A DNA stretch of 64,000 nt from Paraspadella gotoi (GCA_051294375.1 CM119264.1:30293656-30357655); one strand, 5' to 3'. Positions 14,405 through 28,513 are shown, counted from the stretch's first letter. Made by a program: numbers and translations. Notes: generated by a model from the sequence alone, not told the origin.

Positions 14405-15080
14405 TATAATGATGATGAACAGAGATAAAAATGTTGAGAATTTAATAATAGCAAATAAAATCAAAGAGAAAAAGAGAAAAAGCGGGAATTGACATCAGAG
14501 ATTTATTTACCTCAGAATCACGAAGGACAAGAAAAAAAGAAAAGAAAAGAAAAGAAAAGAAAAGAAAAGTTGGGTCATCGGTCAAACTTCTTTTCTTCCT
14601 CGTCCTGTTTTCTGAATGCTTTAGTTTTCTAATCTTTTCTTTTCTTTTTTCCTCTCTCATCCCATTGTCCTCTCCCTCTCTCTCTCGATGGAAGGAGGGC
14701 GTTGGTGAGGTCAGCAATGAGAGAACAGAAAGGAAAAGAAAGGAAGAAAAAAAAAGAAAAGAAAGGAAGGAAGAAAGGAAAGAAGGAAGGAAGGAAAGAG
14801 AAAAGGAAAGAGGAAGGGAGAAAAGGAAAAAAGGAAAGAAGGAAGGGAAGGAAAAAAAAGAAAAGAAGGAAGGAAAGGGAAAAAATGAAGGAAGGAAAGA
14901 AGAAAGAAGAAAAGGAAGGAAACAAAGAAGAAAAAAGGGAGGAAGAAAAAAAGTAAGGAGAGGAAGGAAAGGAAGGAAAGGAAGGAGGAAGAAAAAAAAA
15001 GGAAAAAGTTGGAAGGAAGAGAAAAAGGAAAGAAGGAAGGAAGAAAGAAAAAAAGAATTAAAAACGGGAAAAGGAAAAGA
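12128..15080. repeat. Low-complexity cluster: (GGAA)n, (TCG/TCA)n, G-rich purine tract, (GAT)n, (GAAA/GGAA)n
   Basis: Directly visible; source of the long spurious P-, F/S- and K/E/R-rich ORFs. Confidence 0.95.
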
Positions 15081-15305
15081 TAACGTTGATAAGTATGTAT
15101 ACAAAAACAAAGGATATAAGTTTTGTCAAGGAAATACAATGAGGCCAATGACAGAAAGTGTTGAAAGAACGTTTCTGAAAAAAAAAGAAAAAGGGATTTA
15201 ACTTGAGAGAAGATTTAAAGAGAGAAGATTTAAAGTCTTTTACTTGAGTTCAACCCAGGGATTTGAGTTTCTCGTTTGTGTTGTTGAGAAACCGTCCAAT
15301 TGCAG

Positions 15306-16033
15306 ATGGAAGAGCTGTTTCTTTCCATCTCTTTACTTTGAACGGAAAAGGAGGAGCCCGTTTCAATATGCTGGCGAGAAGNNNNNNNNNNNNNNNNNNN
15401 NNNNNNNNNNNNNNNNNNNNNNNNNNNNNNNNNNNNNNNNNNNNNNNNNNNNNNNNNNNNNNNNNNNNNNNNNNNNNNNNNNNNNNNNNNNNNNNNNNNN
15501 NNNNNNNNNNNNNNNNNNNNNNNNNNNNNNNNNNNNNNNNNNNNNNNNNNNNNNNNNNNNNNNNNNNNNNNNNNNNNNNNNNNNNNNNNNNNNNNNNNNN
15601 NNNNNNNNNNNNNNNNNNNNNNNNNNNNNNNNNNNNNNNNNNNNNNNNNNNNNNNNNNNNNNNNNNNNNNNNNNNNNNNNNNNNNNNNNNNNNNNNNNNN
15701 NNNNNNNNNNNNNNNNNNNNNNNNNNNNNNNNNNNNNNNNNNNNNNNNNNNNNNNNNNNNNNNNNNNNNNNNNNNNNNNNNNNNNNNNNNNNNNNNNNNN
15801 NNNNNNNNNNNNNNNNNNNNNNNNNNNNNNNNNNNNNNNNNNNNNNNNNNNNNNNNNNNNNNNNNNNNNNNNNNNNNNNNNNNNNNNNNNNNATGCAAAT
15901 ATTCAGCGTGGAGCCTCGTGACGCGGGGACTTACCAGTGTGGACACGCCCACTCCTTCCTACTCGGCGTCGTTGCCATCCCTACTTGCAATCCATCCTCG
16001 CTGGCCGCTCTTAATGAAGGACAATCCACAAGG
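15306..16033 (+). CDS. Ig-superfamily membrane protein, exon(s) of an Ig domain, interrupted by the N gap at 15382-15892 (may be two exons)
   Basis: Acceptor ttgcag|15306 reads (D)GRAVSFHLFTLNGKGGARFNMLAR. After the gap it reads MQIFSVEPRDAGTYQCGHAHSFLLGVVAIPTCNPSSLAALNEGQSTR, matching the Ig E/F-strand motif xxIxxVxxxDxGxYxC. Donor agg|gtgag at 16033. Confidence 0.75.
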
Positions 16034-18897
16034 GTGAGACAAAAAAATGTTGGTGGTGAATGAGGGAACAAAAAATAATTTAGACGTGAGATAATATGAT
16101 TATTGATTAAAATATTTTGCTCATCTTGTTTGGGGAACAGTATCATAAAATACTATATATTTATATTAATATCCTTTTTTCAAAATAATTTTTGGGAAAA
16201 TTTTATTACAGATTTATAAAAAGTTGGACCAAAAATATAATCATAAAACAAGTTATCAAAAATGTTTATTATAAGATGAAACGTTTTAATCATTTTTTCG
16301 CAGCCTAATATAAAAATTTTAATTTTACAAAAGTTTCCATGATCTTATAAAGATATTATCATAATTCATAAAGAAAATTCAATTTATGATACTGTTATGC
16401 AAATTAAAAAAAACAAACATTGTCCAATCGCTGAATGTTTTCATCGCTCCACTCTTGTGGTTTGAAGTTTGGGTAGGAAGAATTGTCGTGTCTCCTTTGA
16501 TCCCTTTTCAATTGAAGCGTCGTTAAAAATGTATAAATTTAACTCTGAACATTACTATATAGAAAATAGTTGTATGATGATTGTAACATGAGCTAAAAAT
16601 TAAGGAAAAGTCGGTTATAACGAAGGAAAAAGTGTATAAATGGGATGAAAGTCAGGATGTAAGCAGTTGGAGGTGATCTGATGATTTAGGGATGTGATGA
16701 TATCCTCTTATTTANNNNNNNNNNNNNNNNNNNNNNNNNNNNNNNNNNNNNNNNNNNNNNNNNNNNNNNNNNNNNNNNNNNNNNNNNNNNNNNNNNNNNN
16801 NNNNNNNNNNNNNNNNNNNNNNNNNNNNNNNNNNNNNNNNNNNNNNNNNNNNNNNNNNNNNNNNNNNNNNNNNNNNNNNNNNNNNNNNNNNNNNNNNNNN
16901 NNNNNNNNNNNNNNNNNNNNNNNNNNNNNNNNGAGAGAATTTTAAAAGGAAATGGCCTCAGATAAACCAAATAAACAATTACTCCATTTGACAACATTTC
17001 ACAAATTATAACTTTATAATTATTAAAAATGACATGGAGTAGGTATAGTAGGTATTTTTCTCAATTTATTTTCCAGATTAATGATCCAGATTACGTTTCT
17101 TTACATTAACGTAACCTTCGGTTGTCATTTTTACATTCGACTTTCTACATTTGATTTATTTCCAGCGACTTTGAATGAATCGAATCCCGGCGATTTGTCG
17201 ATCGGCTGATTTGAACCGATTAGCCGATCGGCCTTGACGAATCGCTCTCGCGTTTCGAAAGAATNNNNNNNNNNNNNNNNNNNNNNNNNNNNNNNNNNNN
17301 NNNNNNNNNNNNNNNNNNNNNNNNNNNNNNNNNNNNNNNNNNNNNNNNNNNNNNNNNNNNNNNNNNNNNNNNNNNNNNNNNNNNNNNNNNNNNNNNNNNN
17401 NNNNNNNNNNNNNNNNNNNNNNNNNNNNNNNNNNNNNNNNNNNNNNTTTTTGTGGCAGAAAAAAAAAGATTTATATCAAAGAAATAAATTGAAGGTCGAA
17501 TGAATGTAGAGATGTACGGATGGATTGTATAAAATGTATATAATGTACATGGTGCAGGCTTTGTTCAAATATGTAAAATATACAATTTAATGCTCCCTTG
17601 TCCAAAGTCAGGGGAAAGATAACTCAGTTATTGAATAAATAGTTATTTTTTGGTTGTAACAATTTCATAACTCGGATGTACGATTACACTGACACGCCGA
17701 AACTTACAAAAACCACACACACAGAGAGATCCACCCACACAAAATCACATTTTCTCCCAAAAGAGACGAAATATTTCATTTTGTTCTTTTATTCGCGAAG
17801 GAAAATGAAAAAAGGGGAAATGTTGATGAATTCGATAGAAAATCTGTTTTTTCGACTCAAGTGAGTCGTTACGACGAACGCAACAATAACAACAACGACG
17901 ACAACAACAACAACAAGAACGACAACAACAACGGCGTAAAATAAATTTTGTTCTCTCTCTCTTTTCTGTCCGAAAATTTTTTTTCCTTTTTAAATTTTTA
18001 AAGTTGAGGTGAGAAAAAAAAGGGAAATTTTATTGGAAAAATATGTGAAAAAAAAGGTAATCAATAAAAAAAGGGAAAGCGAAGCACAATGGAGTTCGTT
18101 ACTCAATAAATCGATTCTTTTTCTTACGTCCTTTCTCTCTCTCTCTCCTTCTTCTCCTCTCCTTTTCTCCTTCTCTCGTTTTTCCTCTCTTCTATCTTCT
18201 ATTCTCATCTCTCTTCCTCATCCTTTTTTCTTCTTCTCTCTCATATTCTCTTTCTTCGTTCACTCTTTCTCCTCTTTTCATCTTGCTTTCCTCTGAAGGG
18301 TCTCTGCAACTCATAGCTAGGACAACTGTTCGACACGACGACGACGAGACGACGAGATGACGACGTGTACGAAAAATTCAAAGATGTTTTCAAAACTCCT
18401 TCATAAATCATGTCACCCCGAATTGGTTGGACATTAGGTTAGGAATGGGAGGAGAGAGAGAGAGAGAAGGAGCGAGAGAGAGAGAGAGAGAGAGAGAAGA
18501 AAGGCAGAGAGAAAGAGAAAGAGAAAGACGTCCTGCCAAATGTATTTGGTGTCGGATGAATGTACATCGTGCATAGTTTCGTCTTAGTTCGTCGTTTGGT
18601 GGCGCTCCTCGTTGTCGTTGTCGGTTTGAAAGAGTGTACGTCTTTAATACTCTTCCCTCTCTCTCTTTTCCTGTCAAAACACCTCAAATTCCGTTCACAG
18701 AACCTCTTTCCCAAGATATGATTTTATCTTTAAGATACACTCGCCCTGCCCATATTGTGGCTCGCGCTCCCAACGTGTGCAACGTTCCGAATTTTCCGTG
18801 AAACGCGCACGAGATCGACGCCCATGGAGATCGCGGGGCGTGTTGATCCGCCCCGGTCACGAAGGAAAGCCCCAGGCAGAGAGAGAGAGAGAGAGAG

Positions 18898-18934
<37 letters not shown>

Positions 18935-20267
18935 AGAAGAAAAGAGGAGAGAAAAAGCCTTTAAATTATTTAGATCTTGGAAGAAGGGATATAAATATTC
19001 CCTAAAAGATAAGAGGAGAGGGGAAGATGTTTTGAATGGGTGGTGGGTGAAGAATTTTTGGGGTAAGAAAGTATTGTGGTGGGAGGGGAGGGCGTTAAGT
19101 GGGTTTTGTGGTAGGAAGGGGGTTCGTGAAAGAGGAGAGAGGGGGGTTTGTGGTTGCAAAAGAGATCGATGCGTGGGGTCGTGGAAAGCGGGTTTGTGGC
19201 TAAGAGGGATTTGTGGTAGAATAGGGATAAAGGCGTGTGTGGGCAGAATGGGGGTTTGTGTGAGGGAGTGAAAAAGGCGGTTTGTGTGTGGGATCCTGTA
19301 AGAGGTAAGGGGCAAGAAAACCCCGCAGAAAACCCCAGGGGAAGTCAAAGTCATCGCCCCGTGGCGCCGCGTCGGGGCCGAAGGTCGCCGGTTCGATTCT
19401 CGTCCGCGACGTTATCTCCTTACGCCCCCCTCCGCCCCCCCTTGCGTTGCGAAGGTCGCTGGCGTCAGTCTCCTTCTCTGCAGAAAGCGACCATCGCTGA
19501 GTCGATGACAACGAGAGATGGAAGTGATAAAGACGCCGATGCTATTGGTGGCAATGATGATGGTCACATTGGTTGCAATAACTTATGACGATAGAAAGAA
19601 GCGTTTTTGACGCTTCCTTATGTTACAACCTAAACAAAAAGAACAAAAAGCAACATTAACAAAAACAATAACAACAATAACAATAACAACAAGGATGTTT
19701 GCTTCTGCAACATCGATTACGACTGAGGGAAACATTAATCGTCTTCTCCGGTTTATTCCTATCGCCGTTGTTGTTGTTGTTGTTGTCGTTGTTATAGTGT
19801 TGTTGTTGTTGTTTTAAAGGAAGAGACGGAAATATGAAAAGTAGAATAAAGAATGCGACGTGTTGTAATAACGGATTGTGGTAACACTAAAACTGTTACA
19901 TACAATGGAAACAGTTCTTCAATACATTTACTTCACTTTGAAAAAAGGATTTGATTAAAAGCTTGCCGGGTCATGCTAAGTTATTATCTTGTCAGATGGA
20001 TGGAGGCCTTGAGTCACTCGTGACTATGACCTGTCCATTGGACAGTGTCCAAAGTTGTTTGCAAGTTACCCTTATAATTGAATGAATGGATAATTTGTAT
20101 ATTTGTTTTACCAATTTGGTTATTTACCAATTTCATAAAGAGATGATTGTTAAAATGAAAGTTTTAAAAAAATGGTCAAAACTCGGTGGTAGGATATTGA
20201 GGCAATACTGTATTTATTGCAACAAAGTCTAAGTGACGAAGTCTGAGCACCTTAGAATAGGAACGCC

Positions 20268-20299
<32 letters not shown>

Positions 20300-20873
20300 T
20301 GACGACGACGACGAGGAAGAAAATTTCCGGTTTTGAGCCGACGACCGGGAAACTGAAGCCGGAAAGAAAAAAAAAAACCCGGATGAGGGAAGATGAACCG
20401 TAAAACCCGGATGAGGGAAGATGAACCGTAAAACTAATCGTCTGATCTTTTCCCTCTGGATTTTCGCTTTTTTCTCTTCACTTAATACTTTTCTCTTCTC
20501 GTTACTTTCTTCATTACTTTTCTTTTTTTCCTTCTTTTCATCTCCTCTCTATTCTTGATTCATTACTTTTCTCTTTTTCCTTCTCTTCATCTTCTCTCTA
20601 TTTTAACTTCATTACCTTTCTTTTTACTTACTTCATTTCCTCTCTATTATCGATCCATAACTATTCTTCTATTTTCTATCTTAACTTCCTTTCTTTCTTA
20701 ACTTCATCAATTTTCTTTTTCCTTTCTTCTCTTTATCTCTCCCTCTCTTTTCAGTCCCATTCTCAAATAATTTCTACCAAAATTAACTTACCTCGCCACT
20801 TCTCTACCATTACCCCTACCTCACCTCGTCACGTCTCATTTTTGACCCCACCCGCCCTCACCCCCCCCAAAAG

Positions 20874-21025
20874 GGTCAGTGGATGACCTCGGCGATTCGA
20901 CTCAGCTGGAGAATTACTCCACTTCGACTTTAGTCTTCAAACCCTGGTTGAGCGACATGGGGAAGACGCTGAGGTGCCAAGTCTCTCCATCATCGCTCCA
21001 GCAACTCACGTCGATGGAGAAGGAG
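20874..21025 (+). CDS. Ig-superfamily exon, C-terminal half of a CD80-like C2-set Ig domain
   Basis: aag|gg acceptor; open frame SVDDLGDSTQLENYSTSTLVFKPWLSDMGKTLRCQVSPSSLQQLTSMEKE with the motif STLxFxPxxxDxGxxLxCxV; donor gag|gtgag. Missed by the ORF track. Confidence 0.8.
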
Positions 21026-22329
21026 GTGAGGCGTTGTTGTTGTTGTTGATGTAGTTGCTGATGATGAAGAGGTTTCTTTCGCTTGTTGTCGTTTAGGTTG
21101 TGTTTATCGCTACCAAAAATAACTTTGAGTTACAAAATTAAGTTAAACTTGAATTATTGGACTTAAATATTCCCAATAAGCTTGTCATTGATTTATTACT
21201 CCATACCGTTCATTACTTCATTCATGATTTATTCCCTCGCTTCTTTCTTTTGCTTCCTTCCTTCCTTCCTTCCTTCCTTCTGCTTCCATTCCTTCCTTCC
21301 TTCCTTCCCTTCCTTCCTTCTCTTCCTTCCTTCTTGCCTTCTTTCCTTCCTAACCTTCATCTCCTCTCCTTCACATTCAATCAGCCTCCCCAACTCACCA
21401 GCCTTCTTGCCCAATCCAATTCTTCATTAAAACCTAAGAAAGAGGAAATCCATTTTCTTTTTGCAACTCCTGCGAAAGCCCCCCCCCCTTTTTCCCCCCC
21501 TTTACCCGCGCCCCTCTCCCGGCCTTCCCTCAGCTCTTTCCTCGAAGAGGGTTCATTTGGCGCCAACCTGTCGCAATTCTGCCGCTCATATGACACGTTT
21601 TGTGCAAGAGTCACGTTACGATGTGCACCTGAAGGTGTCGCCATTGCGATTTCTGAGAAAAAAGACGAAGAATTCTTCAAGCTTCCGACTCAAAAGAGGG
21701 AGTTTTCTCGTCGACGCCCGTTGGAAGTCTTTGTTGGGCGAAGGAAAGTCGATTTTTTTTTTTTCGTTGGGTTTTTTTTTCTAGTGGACTGACTGACTGA
21801 ATGACTGACTGACTTACTGAGCGCCGCCCTCAGCCTATCCGCGAGTCTGTTTGTCAGTATGAAATTGTATGTTTATATGAAATTGGTACAACCAATATAA
21901 AAATTATCCATTCATTTAATAAATATATGTTTGTCTTTGTCTCTTCTTATCCGAGTGTCTTTTTGCTTGTCGTTTTGTCTGTCCTTCTCTGTCTCTCCTT
22001 TCTAAATCCGTCTGTGCGTTATAGCTCTGATCTGCTTTTCGGTCTATCTATCCCGTCGTAGTTTGCGAAGGTTTTTAAACAGCAAAGTCTTCTCGCACAC
22101 CGGAGGTATTCCCACGAACAAAGCACAAGATTTGAAAAAACCAAAAAAAAGCATCGTTGCCAAAAAGTTTGCCAAAAAAAAGCAGTTTTAGTTTTGTCAA
22201 GAAAAGAGAAAAAAATAAAATAAAAGAGAAAAGATTTGGTTTTATGTTTATTGATTTTCAAGTTCCGTTTTTTCTCGTGGGGCAAATAAAAGTCAATTTC
22301 TTTGCGCTCCGACGGTAAAAGTCGAGAGA

Positions 22330-22563
22330 GCAGAGAGATAAGAGAGAGAGAGAGAGAGGAGAGAGTAGAGAGAGGAGATGTAGAGAGAGAGAGAGTGAAA
22401 GTGAGAGGAGAGAGATCTGGGTGAGATAAGAGAGAGAGAGAGAGAGAGAGTAGAGAGAGAGAGAGCGTGAAAGTGAGAGTTAGAGAGAGAGTGAGGAAAG
22501 CAGAGAGAGAGAGAGAGAGAAGAGAGTAGTAGAGAGAGAGAGATAAGTGAGAGAGAGGAGTAA

Positions 22564-22605
<42 letters not shown>

Positions 22606-25600
22606 AGAGAGAAAGAAGAAGAGAGTAGAAGATGATAGCGAGATGCAGAGAGAGAGAGACAATTGGGTATACTCAGAAGCCCTTCCGAATCAGCGGCAGC
22701 CTGCCCGGGAGCAGCCGCGCGGCGGCCGAGCGGCTATCTCCACCCTGCCTTCGAACTTACTATTCGCTCTGCGGCTCTTCTTACTGCCTCTTCTCTCTTC
22801 GCTTCTCCTTATCTCCCGGATCCGCGCGGCTGCAAAGTCGATCCTGATCGGAGCTGCGGGGCAGCGGATAAGCTTACTACTTTTTCTCTCCTCTCTCTTA
22901 CTCTCGTCACCGCAGCCGAGGCGCTCTTCATGCCTCAGTGCTCCGAATCGCCCGGAATCTGTATCAACTGGGTTCCGGCGGATACCAGTGAGTCTCGCCT
23001 TTTAAAGAGATAAGGGACATTAGAGCTGCTTTTTGAAAATATTACATCTATTGTTAGGGTGGTCATTTCACACACGATGTCAAAAAAAAAAAAAAAAAGA
23101 AAAAACAAAAAAGCAAAAGATAAGATCAGTAAAAACGAGAGAAACGAAAGAAAAGAAAAAAAGAAGGAAAGAAAAATATTGAAAAAATTTAGCACAGTGT
23201 TACAAATATTTTTTTAAATATTGACAGATTTTGAGCTTAAATATAATAATAATCTATAAAAAAGATATACATTCTATAAGGCGAATTAATGGATTAAATT
23301 ATGGCCTGAAAAACAATTGTAATATATGATAAACGATAAAAATGAGCGTAATATTGCAGTATGATATGAGTATTATTTTGCAATTTTGTTAACGTGCAGC
23401 GACGTGATGAAGAGTAATAAATGAGATTAGATAGCAATTTTATGAATCAAAGTAGATAATAAAAATGTTGTAGCTTGCAGCGAATGAATATTTAATAAAT
23501 AATGTTTGTTTTTTTATTTTTTTAATTTTCTTGGGCCAAATATAGCCGGGCATATTTATTAGTGCACATATGTAAATGGTCTCGAAAAATGTTAAAATAT
23601 TGTTTCATTGTCTTATCTTTGTGACAAGGCAGCATATTATAATATTCTCCCATTCATAATTTAAGAAATTTAACTTCGATTGACTAACATAATCAAATTT
23701 TCTAAAAAAAAAAGTCTAGGGGCGCAGCAAGTTTTTAAGGTTGGCCTTTGTCTGCAGAAAGCTTCCTTAGTGCCTGCGTACTGTTTTGAGAGGTCGCCTT
23801 AAAGGCTTATACGCCGCAGGAGCTGGAGCAACAGTTGAAACAAAAGTCCCACTGGCAAAAACATTTTGTCTGAATCCTAAAGGTACTACTACTACTACTT
23901 TGCTACTGACTACTACTTAGCTACTTACTACTACTAGCTACTTGCTACTGTACTACTATACAGTCACTTTAATTAATTATTAAATATGGCTTGACATTAT
24001 CATTTTCTCCACGCTCAATTTCAGCCGCCTCAATCTCTAAGCGAATGTCTTTCAAGTAATTATCTTCTAGGTGCTTGCTTGACAAATTTGAGCATCAACT
24101 GATTGAATATGGAGTAAAGAGAGAGAGAACGGGCCGCCAAGAGGCCTAAGAGAGAGAAGAGAATACGGAAGAGAGAGACGAGAGAGAGTGAGATATCCGG
24201 CTACCCGCGATCCGCATCGGACTATCGACCGGGAAGAAGAAGCCCCTGAGCTTCTCATCACGTGCACACAGAGCATCTCATGAGATATAGAAAATCTCCC
24301 GGCGATCACTTCCGAGCGGGAAAGAAGCCGCCTGGAAGGAGAAACGTGAAGTCACGTCAGGTTGTCGGCAGCAGCGCGCGTCGGCTCGCTCGCGGTGGCA
24401 ATCTGGGCTGCGTTGCGGCGAGAGGCTGAGTTATGACATAGACTCGATGATGAGAGTAGAGAGAGAATGAGAGAGAAGCATGTAGAGACACGAGAGAGGA
24501 GAGAGAGAGAGAGAGTTGTAAGAGTGAAAGAAGAGGAGAGTGAGAAAGAGAGAGAGAGAGTAAGAGAGAGAGTAGAGATAGAAGAGAGTAGAGAGGAGAG
24601 AAGAGAGAGATAAGTGAGCAGTAGAGAGAGAGAGAAGTATGAGAGAGAGACGAGAGATGAAAGTGAGCAGAGACGAGAGGAGAGAGGAGAGAGAGAGGAG
24701 AGAGAAAGTGAGAGACGAGCAGAGAGGTAGAGTAGAGAGAGGACAGAAGGAGGATGAGAAGGGAGGCAGTGGGCTATTCACTGCAGGAAGCTCCTCGAAT
24801 GCTGCGCAGCCTCGCGGGAGGCTTCAGTCGCGCGCGGACGGCCGATCGGCTTTTCCCCTGCTTCCGAGCTTTTACTTCGCTCTGGGGCTCATACTTACTC
24901 CTCTTTCCTCTTCCTTCTGTGCGCACCGTATCTCCCACGGATCGCGGCTGCGACGCATAAGATGTCATATCCCATCTGGGAGCTGGCAGCGGAGCGATAC
25001 TTACTTCTTTCTCTCATCTCTTATCCCTCGTCACCCGCGCGAGTGCTATTCTCCTCTGCCTCCGAGGCGGTTCGATCATCTGCGTGGTATCGGCTGGCGG
25101 ATCGCGGCGAGTCTGCCATGCTTTTCAAAGAGATTAGTGGAGGCCTTTTTGAAAATATTGACATTTACTTGTAGGGTCATGCTTCACTGGTTGTCAAAAA
25201 AAAAAGAAAGAAAAAAAGAAAGTAAAGAAAAAATGAGAAGAAGAAAGGAAAAAAGAAGGAAAAAAAAATTATTAAAAAATTTAGGACAACATATTTTTTT
25301 TTAAATATTAAAGGATTTTGAGGTTAATAATCATTAATAATTTAATAATAAAAGTATATCTAGACAATAATTGATTGAAAATATGCTGAACAATTGGAAA
25401 ATAGTGTATAAAGATAAAAAATGAATACGGGCAAATGAGATGACATTAGATATTATTTGGCATTCTTTGTTATAGTTTGCAAATTGAGTAGAAAAATTTT
25501 TAAAATCAAGTAGATGATCAAATTCGAGGCTTGCAGCTGTGAATAATTGTTTTAAAATCAATGTTTTTTTAAATTTTTAATTTTCGCGAGAGCCGCGTAT

Positions 25601-25875
25601 TTGATATTATATATTTATTATATATATACTACACTTAATTTAAAATTTGAGATTCGAGTTTACTTAAATATAATTTTTCCAAAAGAGTCTAGTGGGGCAG
25701 GCAGGTTTTTAAGGTTGTCTTATTGTCTTCAGAAAGCTTCCTTAGTGGCCGTACTGTTTTGAGAGGTCGGCCCTTAAAGGCTTATAAATCGCTTAGGCGC
25801 AGGTGTAGGGCAAAGCTGTGAATACCACAAAGCGCGGAAGTGGGGCAAAGCATTCTGTCTGGAATTCCTAAGCGA
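22330..25875. repeat. Tandem ~1.5-kb duplication (22330-23890 vs 24440-25875), both copies noisy
   Basis: Same order of GA tract, GC-rich block, A-rich tract and cagaaagcttccttagtg...gtactgttttgagaggtcg. Confidence 0.8.
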
Positions 25876-26539
25876 CTTAGCTATCTACTTTAGATTAACT
25901 TATACTGCATTTAATAATTAGCTCAGGTTAATAACGATAACAGTAATAAATTTTTTCGCTTGTTTGTATTTTCGCTGGTATATTAAAGGTGGAGATTATC
26001 TCTGAGGTAGCGCGCTTTTAGCGCAATAGAGATGTCTAGTAGTTGTGGCTTATTTTGAAAACCCGATCTATCCTGTGGGCATATCCTGAGGCATTATGCG
26101 ANNNNNNNNNNNNNNNNNNNNNNNNNGTCGACGAGAGAAGATGAAGAAATTTCCTTTTTTTTTGTTTTAGTTTTTGGGACAAAACAAAAGAGAATGTTTC
26201 TTTTTCTTGTTTTCTGAAGGAAACGTGATTCTCCGCCCAGAAAAGTGGATCGGTTATTACTTGTGTGTTTTTTTTTGGGGGGGGCGTTGTTGTTTTTGTT
26301 GTTGTTGTCTTTATTTCGTTGGGGTTTGTTTTGAAAAAAAAAGGTTTTTAGATGTTTTAGACTGTATTACTATTAACACATTAGTTAATGAGCTGCCTCA
26401 TTTATCAACTATTAGATATAATTTTAAATTCTAATTTACCTTTTTTAAAAGTTTAAAATTTTTAAAATTTACAAATGGAATCAATCTCTCAATTTAATTT
26501 AATCACCATCGTCCTCAGGAAAGTCATTTTCGCTTTGTC

Positions 26540-26920
26540 ATTAGTTTTATGAAGTTCTGCCATTCGTTTTATCGAGTAATGCCATTTGTTTTATCGGGTT
26601 TTGCAAGTAGTTTTATCGAGTTATGCCATTCGTTTTATCGGGTTTTGCAAGTCATTTTATGGAGTTTTGCCATTCGTTTTATCGGGTTTTGCCATTATCG
26701 AGTTTTGCCATTCGTTTTATCTTATTTGCGGCTTTTGCCATTCATTTTATTAAGTTTTGCCATTCCTTTTATCAAGTTTTGCCATTCGTTTTATTAGGTT
26801 TTGCCATTCAATTTATGGAGTTCTGCCATACGTTTTATTAGGTTTTGCAATTTGTTTTATCGAGTTTTGCAATTTGTTTTATCGGATTTTGCCATTCGTT
26901 TTATTGAGTTTTGCCATTTG
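26540..26920 (+). repeat. 22-bp minisatellite (GTTTTGCCATTCGTTTTATCGA); noisier copy at 32042-32470
   Basis: Visible tandem units; explains the FCHSFY/LPFVL pseudo-ORFs. Confidence 0.9.
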
Positions 26921-28159
26921 TGATGGTTTTATGGCTTCCCGCAAATGAAAATAAAAACCCGAGATCCAGAAATTTACGCCTCATAATCTTCACGTTTTTC
27001 TTTCCTCGTCTCATCCTTTTTTTNNNNNNNNNNNNNNNNNNNNNNNNNNNNNNNNNNNNNNNNNNNNNNNNNNNNNNNNNNNNNNNNNNNNNNNNNNNNN
27101 NNNNNNNNNNNNNNNNNNNNNNNNNNNNNNNNNNNNNNNNNNNNNNNNNNNNNNNNNNNNNNNNNNNNNNNNNNNNNNNNNNNNNNNNNNNNNNNNNNNN
27201 NNNNNNNNNNNNNNNNNNNNNNNNNNNNNNNNNNNNNNNNNNNNNNNNNNNNNNNGAGAGAGAGAGAGAGACAGAGAGAGAGAGTGTGTCTCGGTTTCTC
27301 TGATCCTGTATAGCGAGGGCTTGGAACGGACCGAAAGGTGATATTGCCCAAAGTGATGTAATATTTCGGATGTGGATTTTCGAAGCGAAGAGAAGTAAAA
27401 GAGAAAGAGAAGTAAAAGAGGAAGAGAAGTAAAAGAGGAAGAGANNNNNNNNNNNNNNNNNNNNNNNNNNNNNNNNNNNNNNNNNNNNNNNNNNNNNNNN
27501 NNNNNNNNNNNNNNNNNNNNNNNNNNNNNNNNNNNNNNNNNNNNNNNNNNNNNNNNNNNNNNNNNNNNNNNNNNNNNNNNNNNNNNNNNNNNNNNNNNNN
27601 NNNNNNNNNNNNNNNNNNNNNNNNNNNNNNNNNNNNNNNNNNNNNNNNNNNNNNNNNNNNNNNNNNNNNNNNNNNNNNNNNNNNNNNNNNNNNNNNNNNN
27701 NNNNNNNNNNNNNGGAAGAGAAGTAAAAGAGGAAGAGAAGTAAAAGAGGAAGATAAGTAAAAGAGAAAGAGAAGTGACTTAAGGTTGAAAAGAGAAAAAG
27801 CAATAAAAGAGAAGGAGGTGATTCGTTGTTCAATCGACTGAATTTGGCAACAACTTGGGTTATGACTGTTGAATGGTCACTGGCTTTTGGGTTGTGGTGT
27901 TGGTCTTTGGTGACGGAGGTCGGGGCGTGGTTGCGTTTCTGGTCCTTGTGGTTGGGGTGGTCGTTTTGTGGGCTGATGTGGATTTTTGTGGACTTTTTTG
28001 GGTTGGTAAGGTGGTTGTAATTTATTTTGGGTTGGTAAGGTGGTAAGGTGGTTATTACTTCTTATGTTATGCGGTTTTTGGTGCGTTAGGTGGTTATTTT
28101 GGTGGTGTTTTGTGGCCTGTATTAAGTAGAAAGTAGTCGGGCCTATAGCATAGGTCTAC

Positions 28160-28513
28160 CGTTCCTGTTCGTGATGCCGGTCGTTCATTGATTAATACAT
28201 CAGCTTCATGAGCATTAAGGTACAGGGATCGTGTTCCCAATGATATCGGGAAGCGTGAGGACGCGGCCTGTAAAACCGCCTTGGAGGGGGCGGTGGAAAG
28301 CCCTTCAAGCCTGGTTCCAAGCCCAGGACCCGTTCTATGGCTTGCAATAGAGGGGGTTAAAGAGATGTGGATAGTCATCTTCAGCCCATTTGGCGCCTTA
28401 TCCACTGGTTTTTCGTGACCTTGTGGTGGTTGAGTGGTTCATGCATAGGTGGTCAGAGTGTTGAGAAAGTTGGCTCAAATGCGATTTCTTCCTTCATGCA
28501 TGACTGACTGACC
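28160..28513 (-). CDS. Candidate exon, cytoplasmic-tail-like (further copies at ~34575-34816 and ~40004-40250)
   Basis: Complex, GC-richer sequence in three noisy copies. The minus-strand acceptor ttttgcag is seen in the 34817 copy. By-eye consensus is about DQSVHAW.EENR..PT.S.SD.LYEPLN...DDYPHLSNPLLQ...GLGTRLEGLS...INERPASRTGT. Each copy is frameshifted. Confidence 0.3.

Noticed and set aside
19996-20085. Possible exon after cttgtcag (MDGGLESLVTMTCPLDSV...)
   Set aside because: No convincing donor or domain motif.
20374-20433. ~28-bp exact direct repeat (aaaacccggatgagggaagatgaaccgt)x2
   Set aside because: Simple local slippage duplication with no associated structure.
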